Part shown: piece after piece, positions 28,521 to 40,745 of the stretch
How positions within the stretch are numbered: position 1 is the stretch's first letter
Layout of the letters: every line of letters starts with the position of its first letter
Source: the human T2T-CHM13v2.0 reference genome, Homo sapiens
Length of the DNA: 64,000 nucleotides
Reading direction: 5' to 3' (one strand)
Assembly: GCF_009914755.1 (NCBI RefSeq)
Contig: NC_060937.1
Made by a program: the position numbers and the translations under genes
The notes under the pieces: model-generated
Seen by the model: only the letters and a program-made list of their open reading frames with translations
Told to the model about the DNA's origin: nothing
Databases searched by the model: none

Positions 28521-30945
28521 GGAGGCCAGGACACACTGGGTGAACATCTGACGCTCCAAGCTTGTTCATGCCGCTCTCCCAGCCCCACAGCCGCGTGTGC
28601 TCTTCATAGTAAAATACACTTCCCGGAAGCCTCCCTGGAGGCAGCAGGTCACCTCTGACTGGAAGCAGGAAGGCTGTAGGCTGTGAGCAGAGGTTGGGGG
28701 GTGAACGCACATTTCCTTCTCCAGAATTAGGGAGCATTTTCTAGATGTGTGGAAGTATTTCCTGGGGGGAAGGTTGAGTGAGGACAGGTCCGGTGCATTT
28801 GGGGGCCCAGTTCTCCCTCTGGGTGCAGGTGGGTGTGGCTGGGCTTTGCACTCTCTGATAAGGCATGGGACGGCCATGCCCATCCCCGGGGACCGCCTAT
28901 GACTTTGGAGCCTAAGATGCCTATCACGGGAGCAATGTTGCTGGACCAAATTCAGAAAATTCTCGTTAATACGGAAGGATTTAAAATAGAAACTTCCTAA
29001 CTCTGTGTTGAACCTGGCTCACTTTCTTACTGTTACATATGCAGGAATAGAGGGTAAAGTAGCTGATACCAACCCTGATTCTAATTCTGAATGTGCATTC
29101 ACTGTCACAAGCTATGAGCCGACTACTACAAAGGTAGGGCCAGATTCTCCATCTTTTGAGAATTGGAAAGGAGGGAACGAAGGGGTGAGTACACAATGCA
29201 AGCACTGATTTAACATGTCTAGGCTATAATTTTGAAGCATGAAGTAGAATAAGATAAAAGCTGGACAATGAATAAAAAAATGGAGTCGGATTTAATCCTA
29301 GCGTAATTTTTAGATTTTCTTCTTGAGAAGTGAATGACAGTTTCACCTGCTTCTTGAAATGTCTAGTGAATCTTGAACGTCTCCTATAATACCATCAGAC
29401 TTATAGAAAGTATCTTCCCAAGCTAGCTAGAGGCTCTGAGGAAACAGTGACGTTTGTTATGTCATATTCTGATCAAGGCACTCACGCATGTCACTGCTTG
29501 TCAGCAAGGGGGGATGCGGCCACTCAGGATGGATCAGGGGGAACTTTGGTTGCTTGTGATCACATGGTTATTTCATTTCCTTGGCCTCCTTGGTTATAAT
29601 CTGTTGCAAAGCTCTGATTTTCAGAGGTCTCAACTCTCCCTACAGGACAAAGATTGGCAGGATATCCTGAAACTCTGGAAGATCAGATGTAACTTTCTGG
29701 AACTCAAATTATATAGTTCTGCTGATGGGATAAGGAAGCTGCCTACAGGATAAGGTATTTTCTTGTTGGCACAGTGGTTTTATTTCTTTGCTTCCAAATT
29801 CTGGAAGCCAGGGAAGTCTTTGGTTGAAAGGGAGTTTATGTGCTTATGGATGAGGCGGCAGGAAGAGAACCAATTCACTGTGGTGGAAAGAAGCTCTACA
29901 TTGTTTGGAAATGTGAGTGAGGGTTCACAATTCCAAAGATCTTTTCCTTTTTTCCTTTAAGTAAACAAACTCCTATAGTATTTGAATCCATGGTTTTCCG
30001 TAATTGCCTTGCTTCTTGGCATTCAGCTGCAGTCAGAGTATAATATGACACTCAGGATTTCCTCTTTCCGAGTTCTCTAGCCAGTATATCTAGTCTAAGC
30101 CATTGCACAGTGGTATTTTATTGAGCAGCTACTGATGTGGCAGGTGTCCACTTGAATAAAGGTGCACCTGCCTTTGAGGGGTTCACAGTTTGACAAAAAG
30201 GCTGGGTTGTCCCATGAGCAAATTGCAGGTGTGTCTGACAGGAACACCCAGTCTGATTTTGATATCCTTTTTGGCTTTCTGGACAGTGCCACAGCTGGGA
30301 GGATAAATGCCCTTCCATGGTCAGTGCGCCCTTTGTATTTATTTTGAACATAAAATCACTGACTGGGGAGTGTGCATCTATTTTGTACATGATTTTGCCC
30401 CTCAGATTTAGGGCTCTTAAGGGTTGAGAGCACCTACACTTTGTAGGTGTCACTGGGTGGCAAATCAGAAAAGCAGGTTGCCAGGGCCCCACAACAGGGA
30501 TGCCAAGCTGACCACGCAGGACAGGCCCGGAAGCTTCTATTTCTCATCATCCGCCAGGTGACTGTGCTGGTAGGGGTGCGAGACCCACATTTGGAGAAAA
30601 GGTCCCGCCACCAGGTGGTCACACAGGCTGCAGCCTCATCTCCCAGCTCCCCCAGATGGGCTCAGGCTGGGCCCGGCCCTGTGCCCCTGCCGAGGAGCTG
30701 CCCTTCTCTCCCTCTGGCTGTCGCTTCATTCTGTAGCCTCGAATGTCACCACTCCTCGGAACGCGGGCCCAGCGTCTTCCAGGGCGCTCCTCCGGTCTCA
30801 CTCTTTGAGTCCCCCCCACACTCTGGGACTCTCCAGTCAGCTCTGGTCCGGCTCATGCAGACACCAGTTGGTAAACAGGAGGTGCTCAACGAGTGTTGGC
30901 TGGTCATAGAGCGTGCCTCATGGATGTTCCGCTTCTAGCTTTTAT

Positions 30946-31309
30946 CTTCATCAGCTTGGGTTGTTACAACACAGTACTGCAGACTGGGTGGCTTAAACAG
31001 CTGACATTTATTTCTCACTGTGGCGGAGGCTGGAAGTCCAAGGTCAGGGTGCCAGCTGTTTCGTTCCTGGCGAGGGCCTCCTCCTGGCTCACAGATGTCC
31101 TCACCATGTCCTCACGTGGTGGAGAGAGGGAGAAAGAGCCCTCTCTCTTTTCCTTGTCTTACAGGGCCACAGACCTATTGATCAGGACCCCACCCTCATG
31201 ACCTTATCTAACCCCAGTTACCTCCCAAGACCCCATCTCCGAATCCGGTCACGCTGGGTTTAGAACTTCAACATATGAGTTTGGGGAAGATGCAGTTCAG
31301 TCCACAGCA
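30946..31309 (-). mobile_element. MLT1A-type LTR
   Basis: AGACTGGGTGGCTTAAACAG...ATTTATTTCTCAC...GGAGGCTGGAAGTCCAAGGTCAGGGTGCCAGC...CCCCACCCTCATGACC...TTCAACATATGAGTTTGGGG. Confidence 0.88.
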
Positions 31310-31311
31310 GC

Positions 31312-32200
<889 letters not shown>

Positions 32201-33659
32201 TATATTGTTAATGAACAGGCTGCGTGTGCAGAAACCGAAGCCCTAAGAAAGGCAAAATATGCATGGGTTACTTGTCTTTTGTTGTCAGCCCAATGCCAAG
32301 CACTGAGATATCTGTAAGCACATGAATTCTTGATGGAAGTTTGCTTTTGTAAATGATCAGCCTTGACATTGTGGAAATACAGTGCTAGTGGTTACGAGAT
32401 TGTAGCCACTCTGGGGCCAGGACGAGGGGAGCCATGGAAAAGGATTTAGCACAGCTGACATCTTCCTGTGTTCTACCAAACAGTCATGTTCAGGTGCCTT
32501 TAAGTCATTCAGTTTAGAGCAATGATTCTGAGAACCTTCAAGGCACATGTGGCAACCCCGAGACCCCAGAGGATCTCCTGTGAGAAGCCCCAGATTTCAG
32601 GTGGAGCCCCATGGGGCGGGTGGTTGGGGATGAGTTCGAGGCGGCAGGGTTGAGCCGGGCCAGCCTCTCCTGGTGTGTGCGATCACCTGGGAAGGACGCG
32701 TGGCTCCTATATCAACCCAGCTCCTCCCCGGAAGACAGCCAGTATAATTTCTGTGCTTGAGAACCTGTCTGAGAGAGAGAGAGAGAGGTGACAGATTGCT
32801 TGACTCTGACAGAGAACTGAGAAAACATTGATGCTGTTTGAATTCAACAAGTCTTTTGAAAATGCAATGGCCAACGGGGGGAGTTTTACCTTTTCTCTGG
32901 CATGTTTTAAAATACGAGCACTCCTTACCAAACAAAACATTGAAGATCACAAATTCTTCGCTTATAAATCCTGACTGTGCTGGATGAGTAAGGCAGGAGA
33001 GGAGAAGGGTCCCCAGGCTGATGACAGGTTTTAAGGCACCTTTCAGTGCTGGTTGGCCAAAGTCATTGGATCTCACCTGAGGCTTCTACGTGAACAGGCT
33101 GTTGGCTGGGGGCCTTGAGGACACCAAGTTATTACACTGCAGGCTCTATTTGCATAACCGCAAGTGCAGGTTTCTTTGGCAACCCCACTAGCTTAGCCAT
33201 TATTGCTCAAATTTTAATGAAAGGAAAAGTGCCGTGCATGTGGAGAAAGTCATTTAAACAAGAACTACCTGTATCATTTAAACATGTACCCCTAAACCAC
33301 TCTTGTGAGCACTCCAGTCCTCGCAAACTTCTCACTTCTTTGGGGAATGAGAACAAACAGGCGGAGGGGCACAAGCCCACCAGGGCCCTCCCCCGCACCG
33401 CGCAGGTGCGGGGCAGGCACATCCGCCTCCGGGCCCCTGGGCTATTGTTTGCTGGTACAGACTTTTTTTCCACTTTAAAATTGTGAAGATGAAAACCTAT
33501 TCTGGCGTGGGGTAAAGATTCTCCACAGAGCCCGAGTCAAGTCCAACGACGACCACCCTGACAGCTCTTGGCGCGCAGCGTGGGGTGTGCAGCGGCGGCT
33601 CCTGGGTGAACTTTGTCCCTGGGCGTGTGGTTTTGGAGCGTGCCGGGGTGACATTCAGC

Positions 33660-34260
33660 CTCTACATTCATTTTTATGATAATTCCGAGTAAATTGTGGT
33701 GCAATAAACTCTTCAAGCCTGTCTTTCTTGTGAAAGCCATGAATCAATCAGCTGTGGGCTTTTTTGGGGGCCTTTCAATGTATAGTGATCATTTAGATTT
33801 GACGTGCATTGTGAGACCTTAGCGTGCCTCCTCTCCCTGGTCTGTCATTAATTCCAGCCTCCGCTATTCTGGAGTACAGTGAAGGATGACTGAGAAATCA
33901 TTGCCCCTCTTCAGCTCTGTTATTGCACAAAATAGCAGCGCAATAATTTTTTGTCAATGTTTTACTCTAAAAGCTTTCTACGTCAGTTTTGAAAAGGAAG
34001 CAATAAAGCCCATTCAATGGTATGAATAAAAATCCTTTGAGGGTTAGGAGCAGAGCTTCTTTTCTTCAGCTGGTAATCAAATTGGAGCTAAAATGAAATT
34101 GAGTTTTCTTATGAAAATAGCCTTTGTTGCTGGGAAGGCTGGTAATTCATAAACAATAACCTGCTCTTTTGTGTGGATAATAATATATTCATGTTCTTTC
34201 AATAGGGTAAAAGCCAGACCTAGTGCATTATGGTACAGTAAAAATAGCAGAAGGAGCTGG
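33660..34260. promoter_or_regulatory. Candidate conserved enhancer block
   Basis: Repeat-free and AT-rich; TTTTATGA 33672, GCAATAAA 33701, ATCAATCA 33743, TGTCATTAAT 33843, TAAACAAT 34150. Confidence 0.5.
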
Positions 34261-34289
34261 CTGGAATGATCTTGAAGAAGAAATGAAGC

Positions 34290-34900
34290 ACTCGGTGGCT
34301 CTGCCCTTCTGCGTCCCTCGGAAACGGCAGCCGGCTTTATTTGCGCGCCGGTTTCGTTGTTGATTTGTTGCCGCTATACAATATTCGGTTAATTGTGGAC
34401 GGGCTCAAGCTGTGCTCATCCCTGCGCAGGCTGCCGCGGCTGCACGGTGCTCACAGGAGCAGGCTCGTTTCTCCGGGACCCGCCAGCTCCACAGCCTGGC
34501 ACCAGCAGGCGACGGGACGCGGCGCTCGGGAGGTGAGCAGGCGGCGTCGCGGGCTCAGCTGGGACCAGGTAAAGTGTTGGGGGGACAACTTGCTGTGGAT
34601 TTTCTGCTAAGTCTGTGGGGGTGGGGGGCAGGGTGGAGAGGGAGAGAGCAGGACACGGTGCGTGGGTGCGTGGAGGGAAGCGGCGTCTGGACTGCGGCGG
34701 CTTCCACCTGGCTCCCAGGTGGATCTGACGGCCGCTGTGCCTCTCGGCCGCGCGGGACCTTTCGAGGGAGCCTTGTGGTCATGTCTGCTGGTCACAGGAG
34801 CTGTCCTGGCCCTCATGGCCATGTCTGGGGTCCTTGGAGACCCAGTGGTACCTGCCGGCGCCGGGCATAGTGTGGCCTGGAGGCGGAACGATGGCTTCTT
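34290..34900. promoter_or_regulatory. Small CpG island-like region
   Basis: Dense CpGs (GCGCGCCGG, GCCGCGG, GACGCGGCGCTCGG, GGCCGCGCGGG) against a CpG-depleted background. Confidence 0.65.
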
Positions 34901-37900
34901 CTGGTGAAATCTGTGTTTGCTGAACTTAGCTTGGAAGTTGGCTGTGCAGTTGCAGGAGGCTGCTGGCATCCGGGGGGGGGGGGGGCTGGAACTGCTGCCT
35001 GCAGACAGCTCACTGGACGCTGCTCCTTGGGCAACAGAGACTTTTGTTCTCTATCTCAAGTTGGTGAAAAGTTGTGTTCTGGTGATTGCAAAAACGTGTG
35101 CCATCCCCATCTTTATGTCGGCATGTGGAAATAGCCTCCGTCTTCCCAGATCCACAGCCCTGGGCCGGGGTCCGGGCCAGTCAGATAAAAGGGGACTTTT
35201 CCATGAGGTCATTTGTTGTTACCATGCAACACAGTGCTGTAGGAATGATTCAGCTTAGCATGTCTACTGAGATTGTAAACATGAGATGAGGCTCCTCATG
35301 GAATACTCTACTTGCTCTTTTGGGAATGATTTTTGGTTGCTGTTTTAAGTTCCATTTGCTTGGCTCTAGACACAGTTCAGTGGACAAAAATAGAAAGAAA
35401 GAAAAGAAAACACACCTTTGAAAGCAGAGAAGTGTCCAGAATGAGGTGGGCAATGACAGCAGCAGGAAGGGAAGCGTCAGTCTGGCTGGACTGCGATTGT
35501 CAGGGGGGACAGCGGTGCTTTCCGTGTCCCTGGTGGCTTCTCTCCGGGTTACCTTTCCTGTGAGGCTCCTAACGGATAGTGGGTATCTTCCTGGCTTAGC
35601 CTAAGGGCTCTACAAACTCTGCACTTGGTCCAGAACTCAAGAATGGAGAAATTGAAATGAGTACCACGATGTGCAATTTTAAACGACTAAACTTTGACAG
35701 TGTCCGGAGAAGCTGAATCAGTGCATGGTGAGCCTGCCCTCATGGAAATGAGAGCAAAATGGAAACGGACAGAAGCGCAGGAGTGCTTGCGTGCACACAG
35801 CTATGTCAGGGATGTGTGCCAGGGTTAATGCCGGCTATCAGGTATTTGTGTGTTGTTTTGGTGTTTTAAGAATGAAATTACATGCTTAACAAAAGGAACT
35901 TTTTAAAGGCGCAGTAGAAGTTGACAGTTGTGGTAACATATGTCATTATCCAATTAGTTGATGCAAGTGCATGTTTTTATGCCTTCCTGAAATGCCTCCA
36001 TGCGTTTCAGCTCTAGCAAATATTACTTCATTGAAGTCTTTCAAAATGAGGATTCTAATTGTATATATTTTACTCTGCCTCAGTAAGTGTTCTGTGCTTT
36101 TCAATATCATGAGCACCTTAATACATTCTGATTTTTAAATCTATTTCATATTTATTTGGGGGGAAAAAACCCAGGATTCTTTTGGCTCCCATTGTACACT
36201 TTGTCAAAAACCCCCTGCAAGTGACAGGTTCCTTCTGACTTTCTCCTGCTGACAGAGCTGCAGCTCATGGGGGCTTTATTCTTATGCTGAAGTTGAATCA
36301 ATGTGAAAGAAAAGATTGCTAATTGTCAAAGAATTACCCTTCAACTCAAGGTAAAGGAAACTGTGGAGGAACGCTCCTGGAGCATTTTTACTGTGGAAGA
36401 AATGATAAATAGATTTCGTCTGGATGCAAATCGTGGATCATATGTCACAGCACAGTTCAGCCTGAAAATGATAATTTCCTTCATTTTAACTCTTTGGTAG
36501 TGTTGATGCAAAGTTCTTCCCTTAACAGTACATGTTTTAACGGGTGATAACTTGGCTTTTTTTTGCCTGAGGGTGTGCAGGCTGCTGATTCTGAGCTGTG
36601 CAAACCTTGCTGCAGAAGTGTGCAGAGAGGAGAGGGGAGGGAAGGAGGGGTTCTGTCGGGTGGGTCTGGGCATCTGGCCCCGAAAGGGGAAGCCCACTCA
36701 GTGGGCAGGTGTCGGAAAGGACGGCTTTGGCCTGTTGGACTCTGGTCTTGAGTCTGATGTTCTCTCCGGTTATTTGAAGAGATAAAAGCCACTTATGCTG
36801 ACTGTCCCCTGTTTTCCACGGCCAAGCACATGTTTTCCCTGCACTGCTCGGGGTAGCCCTACTCTCGGCAGAGGAACAGTTCCATGGGGAGGGCTGGTTA
36901 CAGACGGTGGCTCACACACACCACTGGGCACTGCACAGCCCCAGAGCTGAGCCAGGTGGCATCTGGGTGTGTGGTGGGCATATGGCCAGAGCAGGCCTTC
37001 AGAGGGGAGCCAGGACTGAGTGCCGACACATCGGGGACAGGGGACCTCAGCAGACAGAGGGCCGGGACGTCGTTGTGCGTGCAGCTCTTCACCCAGGCCC
37101 TCTTCCCAGCTCCACTGGATGCCAAGGTCCCCTCCTATCCCCTGCTCGTGCCCCGAGCCCACTCTGCCCTTACTCCGGCTAAAGCCTAGGGCTGACCCTG
37201 AGGAAAGACTTCTTCCTCCTGACTCAGGGCCCCAGCAGCCCATGTGCCAGCCACAAGTCCCTCTTGTTGGGGAAAGAGCTGCTCCTTTCTTTTTGAAAGG
37301 CTTGATCTCCCCGGGGACCAATGTGGGGCATATGTGTGGGAACAAGGGGGCCCAGGGACAGGATAGGGGTAGATGAGGCAGGGACTTGGGGGTGGGGGGG
37401 ATCACTGGTGATCTGGAACTTTTCCAGGTGAGTGCCCCCCAGCCCACTCATCTGCCCTTGCCTGGTGTCTGGCCGAGGCTTGCTGTACCCAGACGGCAGG
37501 TTGTCCGCATCCAGTCTGAAGACCCACAAGGGTCAAACATCTACCACCCACCTCCAGGCTCCCATCTTGTGCCCTGGGGCCACCTGCTGTCATGACCATG
37601 GTGGGTGGTGGCAGTTTCTTTGGTTCTGTAAGGAGACCCCATGAGGAGGTGACCCATGGGAGTGTGACCACCTGCCCCCTCTGACCGTGGCTGGCTGCTC
37701 ACGTCTCCTCGGACACACTGGGACAGCGCCAGTGCTGTTCTGGTCTGGAAAAAGACTCAGCTAGGTCAGTGGGTGTTCCTGATGGGTATGAGGGCCACGG
37801 ACTCACCTGGCTCTGATGATTTCTTTCTTAAACTGTAGGACTAGCTATCAAGGTGGAGGAGGGAGACAGAGAAATGGGGAATAAGATCCACAGTGCAGCA

Positions 37901-40539
37901 CCGATTTGTTCCCTGTGACTTTTCTCCTCCGGCTAACATTTCCTAATATGGGGAAGCTGATCTTTTAAATTAGAGGCAAATACAATGAACTTACGTTAAG
38001 GTGAATGTAAATAAAGTCAAAGTCTTTTCATTATTGTTACTGATCCTCTATTTTCCCATTAACTTCATTTAAGCCTTTTAATCCTTAATCATCAAATAAT
38101 TTGTATTTATCTTGGCTGGACTAGATTATCTACAAGATAAGAAAGTCTACACATATGGAATAGAGGTGTTTGAATACATATATTTTATTTGTAAGGGAAT
38201 AAGAATGTAGATTAAAAGTGATGAGTTTTGGTCATTAGAAAAATATTAGGGAAATCTGGGACCAAATCAGCAGGTGCATTTTCATGTTGCAGCTAATGTC
38301 AACAATTTCAAAGGACATTATGGTGATAATTATCTGTCAAAAATTGCACCACAGCACGTCCATTTCTTTTTTCTCTTTTAATCCTGCTCTACTCGACCTT
38401 CTCCTTTCTGAAACTTTGGGGGCGTGGGTTAAGTGCTTTTTTACTGCTCTATGCAAATTGCACCTCCAAAGTTCAAAGATCTGGTACAAAGCCTGTCACT
38501 ACTTGGAAGATTTCCTTTTTTTCCTTGTGCTATTGAGAATTAGGAGCTTATTTACAGATGAGTGCTTCTTCTATACTGCCGACACAGAAGGTTTGCCAAT
38601 CTCATTCTCCCTGTGCTCTCCTGAGCACATGATTCAGAAACCTACGGCTGAAGCTTCCTCCGGCGATTTCTGAAAAATACAGGTTGCTGACAGAAAAACC
38701 TGAAAATATCTAATTATATATTTTACATCAGTTTTAGTTTTGCCTTATGTATATTATTAAGGATGCCATATACCAAGGATGTGTTATCTCAAAAACGAAA
38801 AAAAAAAAAAAAAAAAAAAAAACGGCTCCAGTCCTTTCTGCAAAGTATTAAATACATTCTTAAAATATCATTTCTTTTCTTTTTGAAAAGTTAAAGTGTT
38901 TTAGGAAACAATTGTTATATCAAAGTTCCTGGCCCTTTGGAGAAAGTGTTCAGTAGAGAATTTGTTAAACATTCTAGAAATATCTGGTATGTATTTTCAA
39001 CATGAAGAACACATTTATTTCCTATACCATGACTGTGCAGAATTGATGTTTAAGGACTTACAATTGTACTTATTTCTGGAGACAATGGTTAATTAATGAG
39101 AGTTAATTTTTATTGTATCAATATCACCTTATACTGCAGCTATCTTTAATTTTAAAGAAAGTATATAATAGCGATACATTTTATAACACAAATCACCTAT
39201 CTAACTGGTTTTACTGAAATGGCTGTAATTGAGTTCTGCTATAGACATTTTTGCCATCATTTTTAGGTTTGCAGCAAAGATTGTGAAATCATACACTTAA
39301 AGGGAAAGGAATTAACCAAGAAAATCCACACAGCGCCACACTCAGCAACACCGAGCATTCAGCAAAAGTCTAGTGCAGTGTGCGGTGTCTGGCAGGGTGA
39401 CTGTGTCTTACCCTGGTCATTTTAATTCTTTAGAAGTGGCTTCTTACCTTTGCATATAAACATAGGAGTTTCCCTTCTTTTGGATTTTGTTAATTATATG
39501 AAACCACCTGTCATTTCCAATCCTGACTCTAGGCCTTATTTCCTTCAGCCAAAATCAAAGCGCTGACCCCCGGGCCTATCTAAATCCTCACATTCTGTCT
39601 TTTGTGGTACCGTCATCCACGAAAGCAGGCTTCCAGCCAGCAAGCCACTGAACTCCATAAAAGCAGGCTTCCAGCAAGCAAACCACCAAACTCCAAAACA
39701 GGAAGAGTTGGCTTCTCCTCCCTGATGTTTGTGTCGTCCAGAGCACGAGTGCAAGAGTAGCTCTTATGTTTCATGTCTAAGCATTTCAGTTATAAATCAG
39801 GTTGCACAAGCAGGGTCTGTCTCCTACCTGCATGAATGTGCCTTCACGTTCGTGAACCTAAAAGTCTAATTTAAACGCAGAATCCTCACCTTCTAGGGCA
39901 TCTGCACAGGAGCTGGGTGGATTCAGGCCAACCAGCTTCAGTGCCATGGTGAGCTGCCCCCTTCCTGCCCTGTGCATCTCAGCTCCATCCACACGCCCCC
40001 CAGAGAGCCTCTTACATCTTCTTTGGGAAGACATGTCTGGGAGAAGTTCCCTGCAGGCTCAGGAAGGGGCCTTGTGGGTGTCTGGGGAATTCCGAGGTCC
40101 TGGCACCCATGGTATGTCATGGGGAGGCCCAATCTGAGTGGGTGTTTCTCCTGGGTCAGGGTCCCTGAGGGATGCCGTGTCCCGGGGAGGGTGAGAGAGG
40201 GAAGCTCTGAGGTGTGGCATTCAGTACAGGTGTCTCTTTGCCCTGGTCTAAGGTCAGAGTCATCTGGCTTCCCGGATTGGGCACTTCTCCAGAAAATGGC
40301 TGAGGTTATAGAATGTGTGGACTGCATCTCTGTTGGGCAATGTGGTCTTAATATGATGGTTTATTTTCTCATCTCACGGCAAGGACTTCTCTTATGAAAG
40401 GTTATTAGTATTATAAATGGCATGTGTTTAAGTTCACAAATAATTGGACATTGTGGAGCCTGAACTGGATGCTGAAATGTAAGCATAATGCTGCCCAGAG
40501 AGAGCGGACACCTGGTCAGTTGGTGGTGGGAGAAAATGA

Positions 40540-40745
40540 TTGGAGAAAAATGGGGAGCGTGAGACTCCGGAGTCCAGCTGTCTGGACAGGCACCTGGCTA
40601 GACCACCTTGAGCAAGTTCCCACATCTCTCCAAGCCTTCACCTTCTCAGGTGAAGCTGGGGAGATGGTCAGGTCTAGCTCATGGGGCTGGTACAGCTCAG
40701 GCTTGGAATGACAGCTCGGGATAAGCTCTCAGTAAGTGTTAGCTC
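40540..40745. mobile_element. MIR fragment
   Basis: AGACTCCGGAGTCCAGCTG...CCTTGAGCAAGTTCCCACATCTCTCCAAGCCTT...GCTCTCAGTAAGTGTTAGCT. Confidence 0.6.
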
